From positions 12,444 to 76,443 of the forward strand of contig JAGVFR010000028.1 of NCBI GenBank assembly GCA_020057555.1: 64,000 bases of DNA. The letters run 5' to 3'. This DNA is from a bacterium. GTDB taxonomy: Bacteria > Patescibacteriota > Patescibacteriia > UBA9934 > GWF2-40-263. A program made the position numbers and the translations under genes. Positions within the stretch are counted from its first letter, which is position 1. Each line of letters starts with the position of its first letter. Below the pieces are notes generated by a model. The model was not told where the DNA came from. It saw only the letters and a list, made by a program, of their open reading frames with translations, and did no database searches. Shown piece after piece: positions 52,147 through 60,896 of this stretch.

Positions 52147-53283
52147 ATGACTTTTTTCATTCTCGGTTCACATCCAGATATATCTATCGCGGAAATCAAA
52201 GCAATCGTTGGAGAACGACCTGTGTTTGGTACATCCAAAAACGTTTTACTACTTGAGGATGTAGATGAAAACTTGGGTGAACTGCAAGAACGACTAGCTG
52301 GAACAATCAAAATCGGACGAATCATTGGCGAGATGGATATTTGGAACACAACCGAAGTGTCCGCACTCATCGCAAGTGTTGTTTCAGAAGCCGCTGGAAA
52401 AAACAAAATCGAATTTGGTTTGAGTGATTATGGAATTAAGCAAGATCTCTCGACAATCGGAAAAGAAATAAAGAAACAAGTGAAACAAACCGGCCGGCCT
52501 GTTCGATATGTTTCAAGTCGTGAACCACAGCTCTCTTCAGTAATCGTAAAAGAAAATCATTTGCTGGAATCTGGAGGTGAATTTGTGTTTTTGGTAAGCG
52601 CTGAAAAAATTCTCATCGGACAAACAGAAACTGTACAAGATTACAAAGCATGGTCAAAACGAGATTATGGTCGTCCAGAACGAGATGCAAAATCAGGAAT
52701 GCTCCCACCAAAACTAGCGCGCATGATGATAAATCTTTCCGGAATTGATCCAAAAAAAGTGACTTTGCTTGATCCGTTTGTTGGATCAGGGACGATTCTA
52801 ATGGAAGCGGCTCTACTTGGATGTAAAAAATTGATTGGCTCGGACATTTCAGAAAAAGCAATTCATGATTCAAAAAGAAACTGGAATTGGCTTGTTCAAA
52901 ATTTCGAACTGCCTGATACTTCAATTTCCTTACACATAAGTCCAGCGCAAAAAATAGATGAACTCGTAAAAGAAGAAGTAAATGTTGTAGTGACAGAAAC
53001 GTTTCTCGGCAAACCAAAAACAAAACCACTTTCAGAAACAGGATTCAATCAAACAAAAAAAGAACTAATGGAAATTTACGAACCATCTTTTTTAACGATC
53101 AAAAAACTTCTCAAAAAAGGTGGTGTGATGGTCATTGCAGTTCCAGCATTCAAAGTTGGAAACGAATATAAGCGACTCAATCTGGAATCTTTTTTCAAAA
53201 AAATCGGCTTCACTGTTTCTCAAACATTTCTCTATCACCGCGAAAACCAAATCGTAGCGCGAGAAATTTTTGTGCTCACTTAA
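52147..53283 (+). CDS. Trm11/TrmG10-like SAM-dependent RNA methyltransferase
   Basis: MLPPKLARMMINL, LLDPFVGSGTILMEA, GSDI. Confidence 0.8.
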   Translation: MTFFILGSHPDISIAEIKAIVGERPVFGTSKNVLLLEDVDENLGELQERLAGTIKIGRIIGEMDIWNTTEVSALIASVVSEAAGKNKIEFGLSDYGIKQDLSTIGKEIKKQVKQTGRPVRYVSSREPQLSSVIVKENHLLESGGEFVFLVSAEKILIGQTETVQDYKAWSKRDYGRPERDAKSGMLPPKLARMMINLSGIDPKKVTLLDPFVGSGTILMEAALLGCKKLIGSDISEKAIHDSKRNWNWLVQNFELPDTSISLHISPAQKIDELVKEEVNVVVTETFLGKPKTKPLSETGFNQTKKELMEIYEPSFLTIKKLLKKGGVMVIAVPAFKVGNEYKRLNLESFFKKIGFTVSQTFLYHRENQIVAREIFVLT

Positions 53284-54544
53284 AATCTTCGACTCTCCTG
53301 ATAAGTTCGTAAGCTTCGTTAATGTCTTGCATTTTTCTCTCCGATTCTGGTTTTTTATTTCTATCTGGATGATATTTTGCAACTAACTGACGATGTGCCT
53401 CTTTTATTTTTTCCTTTGACGCGCCTCTTTCAACTCCGATCAAATTCCATGCCCAATCAACTCTAGTTCTATCAACTTCAAAACGGTCGTCATCTTCTTC
53501 AACTGTTTCACCAGAGATAACTCGGTATATTTTTTTCAAAAGTTTTTCTAATTTTCCGATCATTTGACTGTAATCGATTCCAAGTTTTCTTTCTTTCATG
53601 TCTGACAATTGTCGACTAACTCGCTCAATTATTTCTACATCAATCTTTTCTCCATCTTTAACTCTTTGAAACAAATCTCTCAATTCCGCTTCAAACGCAA
53701 ACAACTCACGCGGTGCTTCGCTTTTTTCTTTTAGATATTCAACATATTCAAAAAGTGATTTTGCTCTTTCTTCACAGGATTTTCTAATTGATTCATTTAA
53801 CATCCTGCTGGCGATTTCTTTAAACGAATGTGCTTTTGCCAACATTAAATCAAACTTCAGGCGATTTCGTTTTTCTGAATTTTCATTTCCAAAAGTTCGT
53901 ACAGTTTCATTTGGTCTAGCAAAGCTATCATAATCTTCTCTGCTAAACATCTCTTTTTGTAACTCTTCCTCGATTCTTTCAAAAGTGAAAAGTGTTAGTT
54001 CACTCCGATAGCGTTCAAGTTTTTCATGAAGTCGGTCAAGTTCACTCAAAAAATCAATTTGCTCTTTTTCAGAAATCTTGAAATGCCCTAAAACCGAACG
54101 AGCTTGTACAAAATAAGAAATTACTTCGTCAGAATCCAGTTTTCGCCCATATGATTTTTCAAGCGGTGAATTTAAAAAACCAAAAAGATTTATTCTTGAT
54201 TCTATGAATGGAACGTATTGCTTGTAAACCTTTTGTTCGACTCTCAAAATTCTTGCGTCTAATTTTTTTCTTAACTCTGAATCTTTCACTGTCCTACGGA
54301 AATCTACTTGCAAATACGCAAGACGATTCCAAATATTTTCTGGATCAATTGCGTTAAATTTTCTTTCATCGCCGTCAAAATCAAAGATGCTTGGACCTGC
54401 AAGTTCAAGTTCAATTTCAGTAAGTTCATCAATCGCATGAGATTCCATGCTTTGCTCTTCCGCAAGATCTTTCTTTGTTGGAGAAAAATCCTCTGAATCA
54501 GGATCAAGATGTCTTTCTAATTCATACCTTGGGACTTTTGGCAT
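53276..54544 (-). CDS. Helical protein with C-terminal J-domain
   Basis: AWNLIGV...IKEAHRQLVAKYHPDRN...INEAYELI. Confidence 0.85.
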   Translation of the reverse strand: MPKVPRYELERHLDPDSEDFSPTKKDLAEEQSMESHAIDELTEIELELAGPSIFDFDGDERKFNAIDPENIWNRLAYLQVDFRRTVKDSELRKKLDARILRVEQKVYKQYVPFIESRINLFGFLNSPLEKSYGRKLDSDEVISYFVQARSVLGHFKISEKEQIDFLSELDRLHEKLERYRSELTLFTFERIEEELQKEMFSREDYDSFARPNETVRTFGNENSEKRNRLKFDLMLAKAHSFKEIASRMLNESIRKSCEERAKSLFEYVEYLKEKSEAPRELFAFEAELRDLFQRVKDGEKIDVEIIERVSRQLSDMKERKLGIDYSQMIGKLEKLLKKIYRVISGETVEEDDDRFEVDRTRVDWAWNLIGVERGASKEKIKEAHRQLVAKYHPDRNKKPESERKMQDINEAYELIRRVEDFK

Positions 54545-54725
54545 ATTGATTTGAAAATTTTCGATAATAACCATCGTTTTGTGCCGTAGAGACAGACGGG
54601 CCGACTTTTTCTTGGCCTTATACATAGAATAGAGGCAGAAAAAGCGTCCCATAACTGTCTCTTGTGTATCTTATGTAGTTAACTGATTAGCTTGAGGCTG
54701 AAGAGGAAGGTTTTTAAGATTGTAA

Positions 54726-54800
54726 GGAGCAGTTTGCATCATGTCGCAGGGAACAACGGCGAGGAGTCCGTTGGCCCGGAGACATGGTGCAAACTGCTCC
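54726..54800. other. Conserved hairpin motif, copy 2
   Basis: 20-bp stem (including the closing GTC/GAC) around GTCGCAGGGAACAACGGCGAGGAGTCCGTTGGCCCGGAGAC. Confidence 0.85.
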
Positions 54801-54871
54801 GACACTTGTCTTCCTAAACGACTTCGGCGGCGGTCAAGAACAGAGGAACCGAACGATCTGTCAATTCATGT

Positions 54872-55927
54872 TCAAACTCCAACTCTGAAATGACATGTAT
54901 CTCCATCTTGCATCACATAATCTTTTCCTTCAACTCGTAACTTCCCTGCTTCACGCGCTCCAGCTTCGCCTAAATCAACAAAATCTTTCCAAAAAATTAC
55001 TTCAGCACGGATAAATGCTTTTTCAAAATCAGTGTGAATTGTTCCAGCGGCTTGCGGCGCTTTTGTACCGCGCGTAATTGTCCATGCTCGCGATTCTTTT
55101 TCGCCTGATGTAAAAAAAGTGATCAGATTCAAAAGCTCGTAACATTTTGTGATAAGACGATCAAGACCGGATTGCTCAAGTCCAAGTTCTTTTAAAAAAA
55201 CGGCTTGCTCATTTTCTGGCATTTCAACAATTTCGGATTCGAGTTTTATTGAGAGAGAAATGGAAGAAAGGGAGGCAATGGAAGAAAGGGTTGAATTTTC
55301 TGAAACATTCATCACGTACAAAATCGGTTTGAGAGTGAGCAAATTCAAAGACTTGGCAATTTTCAATTCATCCTCGTTTAAAACGACTGTGTTTGCCATT
55401 TTGCCTTGAGAAAGAACTTCAAAAATACGAGCGATAACGGATTCCTCCAGTTCAAGCTCTTTTGTTTTGCCAGATTTCATTTTTCCACGAACAGTATCTA
55501 GACGTTTTTCTGTTGCAGTCAAATCCGCCATTGCAAGTTCTGTTTCGATTGTCTCGATATCACGCTTAGGATCAACAGAACCTTCCACATGATGAACGTT
55601 AGAGTCTTCAAAAGCTCGAACAACGTGCACGATCATGTCCACTTCGCGGATGTTTGTTAAAAATTTATTGCCTAGTCCTTCTCCTTTATGAGCACCCTTT
55701 ACCAAACCTGCGATGTCAACAAATTCAATCGCGGTTGGAATTGTTTTTTGTGATATACTCACTCCTGTAAGTTCGTGAAGCCGAAAGTCAGGAACTTCAA
55801 CAACACCGATATTTGGTTCAATTGTGCAAAACGGAAAATTTGAACAATCGACTTGCTTTTTTGTGAGCGTCTTAAACAAAGTTGATTTCCCGACGTTTGG
55901 AAGTCCAACAATTCCTACTTGTAGCAT
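54872..55927 (-). CDS. ychF: Redox-regulated ATPase YchF (Obg family)
   Basis: [47 protein letters not shown]. Confidence 0.98.
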   Translation of the reverse strand: MLQVGIVGLPNVGKSTLFKTLTKKQVDCSNFPFCTIEPNIGVVEVPDFRLHELTGVSISQKTIPTAIEFVDIAGLVKGAHKGEGLGNKFLTNIREVDMIVHVVRAFEDSNVHHVEGSVDPKRDIETIETELAMADLTATEKRLDTVRGKMKSGKTKELELEESVIARIFEVLSQGKMANTVVLNEDELKIAKSLNLLTLKPILYVMNVSENSTLSSIASLSSISLSIKLESEIVEMPENEQAVFLKELGLEQSGLDRLITKCYELLNLITFFTSGEKESRAWTITRGTKAPQAAGTIHTDFEKAFIRAEVIFWKDFVDLGEAGAREAGKLRVEGKDYVMQDGDTCHFRVGV

Positions 55928-55987
55928 ACGAGCCGAGTATACCTAGTGAGTAGAATCTTGTGAAGAGAAAAACAATATGTTATCCTC

Positions 55988-56336
55988 GTGCCAGCATGTC
56001 GCTGACACGACACTCGACAAACCTCAAAAAGCATCCTGTAGGATAAATCTATCAGTTAAAAACTGGGACAAATCCCGCACAACAACGGCATATCGCCGTC
56101 AGGTGCGAAGGAGGTTTCAATGTTCGAGCATGTCGTGTCCCACGAAGCTGGCCCTGGTGGAGCTCGCGCACCTGAATGGCCTGATCCGATCTTTCTCCCA
56201 GGGGTCTTCAATGTTTCCCGCAAACCCATTGGGCGCCGAAGGCGTAAGGTTCGGCTCTGGCACTAGATGTCACTCCACAACTCAACACGATAAGCGTCAT
56301 GCCACTGACTCGAGATCTTCTCGAGTCACTTTTTTT
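55988..56336 (+). other. Structured transcript with sequestered SD and a 48-aa sORF (56120-56266)
   Basis: TGtTATCCT -10; stem 56004-56025 / 56111-56139 covering GAGG and ATG; terminator at 56306-56336. Confidence 0.55.
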
Positions 56337-56389
56337 ACGATTGAAAACAAAAAAACACGGGGTGAACCGTGTCAGTTACTATGTGTGAC

Positions 56390-57394
56390 TTAGGATATTA
56401 CGCCTAGTGCTCCTCCTGTAAAGAGCGGAGTATCTTCATTCGAAGTTTTTTCCGTGGAATCCTTCGCCGGAACCGCCTTTGCAGGGGGTGAATGAACAGG
56501 AATCGGTATGATCGCCGGCGATGCTTCACCTCCACCTCCAGCTCCGCCAAAGTTGGAGATGATGATCGTGTTGTGGCCGTTTGTGTTGGCCGTTGACACG
56601 ATCTCTTGAAGAGCTTGCATGTTATAAACACGCCAGCGAGATCCGGACTGATCTTCATTCAAGAAATCCGTTAGAGTCCTGATCGCATCAACACGCTTGT
56701 CAGCGGCTTGCTTTGCTGAAAGCGCGTTAACGACAGTCTCATCTGGCTTCATGTTTGATACGACGGCGTTCACAAGCCGCAGTGGAACATTCTTCTGCGT
56801 AAGAATCTGCGACACGGCTCTCTCAACCTTTCGGATGAAACCGTCTTCGCTGGCATCGGCAAACGCTTTGAACGCTGAATCGAAATCTGTGTACTGTGTA
56901 CAAAGCTGTCGGATTAGTCCACGAACCTGCAATCGCGCTTGTTCGTCGTAGACTGAAGTCAAACTCACTCGAAGCACGCGTGGTTCGCCTTGCACCAGCT
57001 CTGGATTCCCGAGAAGAAACACTCGTTCTAGTTCAGCTTTGCCTGCTGGCTTTTCGTAGTCAGGAAGCGCGAGAAGCAGTCGCACGTCAAGCGTCATTGG
57101 CGCACCATTGGAAGTAAGACAGCGATGATCTTCCTTGTCTTCCATCCCAGTAGCGCCCAAAAACTGTTCCTTGACTTCGATACCGCTACGTTGGATGAGA
57201 ACGAGCCGACTGCCAAAACCAGTCATATTCTCGTCACCTATATCTACCATGCCCGGCGTGTAGATTTTCTTCTCGTATCCCGTTGGCGTGAGTATCATGC
57301 CAATGTCATTTGGAGGAACGTTCACGTACTTACGACACGAAGTCACGGAAAGAACAAAGATGAAAAGAACGAACACGAAGATGAACTTACGCAT
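56390..57394 (-). CDS. SPFH/Band-7-like lipoprotein
   Basis: VTS|C lipobox; VPPNDIGMILT..G...TPG; CLTSNGAPMTLDV; V.NAL.AK.AA coiled region. Confidence 0.7.
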   Translation of the reverse strand: MRKFIFVFVLFIFVLSVTSCRKYVNVPPNDIGMILTPTGYEKKIYTPGMVDIGDENMTGFGSRLVLIQRSGIEVKEQFLGATGMEDKEDHRCLTSNGAPMTLDVRLLLALPDYEKPAGKAELERVFLLGNPELVQGEPRVLRVSLTSVYDEQARLQVRGLIRQLCTQYTDFDSAFKAFADASEDGFIRKVERAVSQILTQKNVPLRLVNAVVSNMKPDETVVNALSAKQAADKRVDAIRTLTDFLNEDQSGSRWRVYNMQALQEIVSTANTNGHNTIIISNFGGAGGGGEASPAIIPIPVHSPPAKAVPAKDSTEKTSNEDTPLFTGGALGVIS

Positions 57395-57397
57395 TGA

Positions 57398-57715
57398 TTA
57401 CTCCTTTATCGTTTCCATCTGTTCGTACACCCCTGACTTGTCAACGTCCGACCGTGGCATGCGATTAGACGATGCAAACATCGACATTTCGCAAACAAGA
57501 CCGACCAGAGAAAGAACAACGATGATGATCATGGTGATAGCAGACCACTTTCGCGCGGTCTCTTTCTCGGAATCGTTCAGAATATGTGTGACCTTGAGAA
57601 ATAGACGGAAGACGATCAAGACGAAGATAGAGATGATTATCAGGAATACGACTCCGGTAATCTCTCCTTGAAAGGCTCGAAAGAACCCTTCCCAATGGAA
57701 CCCCTGTTCTGACAT
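57398..57715 (-). CDS. Small two-TM membrane protein, partner of the SPFH-like gene
   Basis: GGGAGG SD; promoter TTGACA-17-TATTAT upstream; 3 nt from the next ORF. Confidence 0.75.
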   Translation of the reverse strand: MSEQGFHWEGFFRAFQGEITGVVFLIIISIFVLIVFRLFLKVTHILNDSEKETARKWSAITMIIIVVLSLVGLVCEMSMFASSNRMPRSDVDKSGVYEQMETIKE

Positions 57716-57807
57716 GAAACTTTTCCTCCCATTTCCACATCGGCCGTCTATCAGCCGAGAAAGGATAATAAAACAAAAGACACTTCTTGTCAATATTAAA
57801 GTGTTTA

Positions 57808-58386
57808 TTATGCCGATATCTCAAGAATTGATTCTAAAGCGCTTGAAAGCTCAACGATTCCATTGCTTCCTGAAAAATGTCCTTTTGCCTGTTCGATGAT
57901 GATTTTTGATCCAAGCTTATTTATAAAATCCTCCTGATTATCAAGAGGAACGTAAGGATCATCATCAGAAAAAATCGCGACACTTTTTTTCAAATGGTTT
58001 TCAACTTTTTCAAGATCAAGTGGAGCGTTCAACCATTCATCAACAACACTTCGTGTAATTTCATCATTTTCGATATTTGTAAGTCTTTTGAAAAAACCAG
58101 CAACAAAAACCGCGCCACCTACTTTTACATCTTCAGATAGTAATTCAAGATACCGCGCGATTGTCTGACATCCCATACTGTGACCGACAAAATATGTTTG
58201 TTCATCTGCGATTCCAACGGCTTCTTTCAAGACTGGCACACAGTTATTAATTCTCGGTTCTTCTGATTTTGGAAGTTGTGGTACAGAAACAAAGAAACCT
58301 CGACTCTCTAATTCTTTTTTGAGCCAAGGAAACCATCCTCCTTCTGGATTTCCATCCCAACCGTGAACAATAAAAATTCTTTTCAT
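57808..58386 (-). CDS. RBBP9/YdeN-family alpha/beta hydrolase
   Basis: IVHGW, WFPWL, VGHSMGC, SDDDPYV, GHF. Confidence 0.93.
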   Translation of the reverse strand: MKRIFIVHGWDGNPEGGWFPWLKKELESRGFFVSVPQLPKSEEPRINNCVPVLKEAVGIADEQTYFVGHSMGCQTIARYLELLSEDVKVGGAVFVAGFFKRLTNIENDEITRSVVDEWLNAPLDLEKVENHLKKSVAIFSDDDPYVPLDNQEDFINKLGSKIIIEQAKGHFSGSNGIVELSSALESILEISA

Positions 58387-58401
58387 ATTTCAAATTCGGA
58401 A

Positions 58402-58477
58402 TGGTGGACCGTGTGGGGATCGAACCCGCGACCTCTTCCATGCCATGGAAGCGCTCTACCAGCTGAGCTAACGGCCC
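58402..58477 (-). tRNA. tRNA-Ala(GGC)
   Basis: GGGCCGT...ATGGCAT...ACGGTCC-ACCA with G3-U70. Confidence 0.97.
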
Positions 58478-58485
58478 GTGTGCTT

Positions 58486-60762
58486 TTATTCAATCACTTC
58501 TGGCAGAGCTGATGATAGTTTTCCCTTGAGGAGTCTGTCAAGACGAGATTTCGCAATCACGTTGTCAGGATTCAATTCTATAACTTTTTGCACTTGTTCA
58601 ATTGCCGCATCCACATTCCCTTCTTTCTCAAAAATAGTAGCAAGAAACCATCGCGCATTGCTAAACGACGGAACAAGCGAAACAGCATAACTTAATGCGT
58701 TTTTTGCTCGCGCTAAATCACCTTCGCTATTTCTTCGCATGTACAACTGACCCAACTGAAACGCAACACCAACATCTTTCATGTTATATTTCGCAACGCT
58801 TTCCATTTTACCAATTGCGTCACTTAGTCTTCCCTGCTGTTCATACAATAGCGCAAGTTGGTAATGAGCCGGCGCGTAATTTGCTTTAAGTTCGATCACT
58901 TTTTGAAATGTTTTTTCAGCCAAAATACTAGGATCGTCAACACCTGTCACAACAGTTTTCTTTTTGACTATTGCTAAATAAGTAATTCCAAGTTCATTCA
59001 AAACCGCAGGATTTAAAGGTTCAAGCTTAATTGCTTTTTGATACGACTCAATAGAAAACTTTGCGGCATCTGGAACAAGATCAATGAGTTCTCTGTAAAC
59101 CAAACCGCGCTCAAGCCAATTTAATGTATTGCGTGGAGAAAGTTCTGTTGCGCGAACAGACGCGTTCACAGACGAAGCAATCAAAGACTGTAGATATTGG
59201 CGATCTTCAAGTGTAAGTTCTGTTTTTGAATCCATTGTCGTTAGCTTTTCATTCGCGCGTAAAAGAAGGGCTTGAGAAAGTGTCCGATAAAACCGATCAT
59301 CAAAACGATTAAGCGTAGCGGCTGTATCAAGAAAAGCAACAATCTGCGTAAGTTGCACATCTTTTCGATCAGAACGCACAGCTTTTGCAAATGCGATTTC
59401 TGCAATATAACGCTGGGTTGTAAAAAATATTCCAACCAAAAACGCGAGAGTTCCAATAGCAAGAATAATTAAAGATACTATTCTAACCCATGACTTGCCT
59501 TTACTCTCTATCATTGTTTTTGGAAAAATCCGAGATGCAATCAAACCGGAAAAAAGGAAAAGAAGCCAAACTAGTGTGAGGTTGAATGGGTACAAATCAG
59601 CAATGACGATCAAAGTCATCCATGGAATCAACACAACAAAAATTTGCATGCTCTCTTCTCGTGAATTACTTTTCATCCAGACAACAACACTCCAAACACC
59701 AAGCGCAAATAGGAAAATGAAAAACAAATTCAAACCAAGATAACCAATTGTTGGAAGAAGAGTTAGAAAATAAGACGATGCTCTATCAAAACGTGTATTG
59801 TAAAACTCTGTTTGATTTATTTCTGGACCATGAAATGTTGCAAAGTCAAAAGCATATGTTCCGGGTCCTGAACCAAAAAGTGGAGAAAAGTTATCGAATG
59901 TTTTTTGCGCAACGGCTGTACTGGTCGCAGAGTTTGGAGCAAGTTCAGCTGGAATTGAAATAGACAACGGCGACTGTAAAAAGAACCAAAATGGTAAAGC
60001 AAGAATAACTAGCACGATTGGTAAAATAGATCGAAAACTATTTGTAAGATCACGAATGCGAGGAAGAATAAAAATAAATAGAATAACGTGGCCAAGCACA
60101 ATCACAAACCACAGCAACCAGTAATCAACTAATAGAAGATAAACAAATGTGATGATCGGTAGACAAACTAGGGCGATGCGTTCAATAACACTGGCAAGTT
60201 TTCTGTGCATCCATTCTTTTGTGTGAAACAACCAAAACGCGCTTGCAAACACACTCATCACAATCAGATAGATTCCCGCAGAATTGATAGTGCCTATTGT
60301 ATTAAAAGAGTTGTTTTGTGTGAACAAACTAATTACAGAAAAAAGACCTGTAAGAACAGCGGATAACAAAAGTAAAAAGTGAATTGTGCGATGTTTGTCA
60401 GACAAAACGTTTATAACAAGATAAAACAAAACAACAAATCCAAATGTCGTGAGCACGCTGGTGTATTCTTGTGAGGAAGTCCCGACCAAGGAAAGAAATG
60501 GCGAGCTTGAATAAAATGCTGAAACAACAACCGCAATAAGATACAACAATGGCAAAACATTGATCCACCCACGACGAAAAGTAAAACGTTTTTGTGCCAT
60601 CATTCCAGCAATCCAAGTAAGCGCGGCCGCAAAAGTAATCACTAAAAAGAATGTTTGTTTGTTCAATTCAAGAAAATCAATCGTAAATGGAAGGAAAAAA
60701 AGCGGAACAAAAAAAATGTTTATATACAAAAGCCAACGGGTCACAGAAAAAAGTCGGTTCAT
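58486..60762 (-). CDS. Polytopic membrane protein (O-antigen ligase/Wzy_C-like) with C-terminal TPRs
   Basis: ~12 TM segments, PLFGSGPGTY, TPR repeats (YQKAIKLEP, AHYQLALLY). Confidence 0.82.
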   Translation of the reverse strand: MNRLFSVTRWLLYINIFFVPLFFLPFTIDFLELNKQTFFLVITFAAALTWIAGMMAQKRFTFRRGWINVLPLLYLIAVVVSAFYSSSPFLSLVGTSSQEYTSVLTTFGFVVLFYLVINVLSDKHRTIHFLLLLSAVLTGLFSVISLFTQNNSFNTIGTINSAGIYLIVMSVFASAFWLFHTKEWMHRKLASVIERIALVCLPIITFVYLLLVDYWLLWFVIVLGHVILFIFILPRIRDLTNSFRSILPIVLVILALPFWFFLQSPLSISIPAELAPNSATSTAVAQKTFDNFSPLFGSGPGTYAFDFATFHGPEINQTEFYNTRFDRASSYFLTLLPTIGYLGLNLFFIFLFALGVWSVVVWMKSNSREESMQIFVVLIPWMTLIVIADLYPFNLTLVWLLFLFSGLIASRIFPKTMIESKGKSWVRIVSLIILAIGTLAFLVGIFFTTQRYIAEIAFAKAVRSDRKDVQLTQIVAFLDTAATLNRFDDRFYRTLSQALLLRANEKLTTMDSKTELTLEDRQYLQSLIASSVNASVRATELSPRNTLNWLERGLVYRELIDLVPDAAKFSIESYQKAIKLEPLNPAVLNELGITYLAIVKKKTVVTGVDDPSILAEKTFQKVIELKANYAPAHYQLALLYEQQGRLSDAIGKMESVAKYNMKDVGVAFQLGQLYMRRNSEGDLARAKNALSYAVSLVPSFSNARWFLATIFEKEGNVDAAIEQVQKVIELNPDNVIAKSRLDRLLKGKLSSALPEVIE

Positions 60763-60896
60763 AGCACAAAAATTATATCATTTTACTGCTAACGCAAAAA
60801 GGACGAGTGTGGGGTGCTCGTCCTTTTCGCTTTTCAATTGTAGGCGTTGTCGAAAGAACGTTTCGTCAACGCAGGGCGACGGCTTATGAACTAAAA

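Noticed and set aside
56215-56262. Glycine or c-di-GMP riboswitch (CGCCGAAGG, GCAAACC)
   Set aside because: The other conserved elements are missing and there is no downstream gene on that strand.
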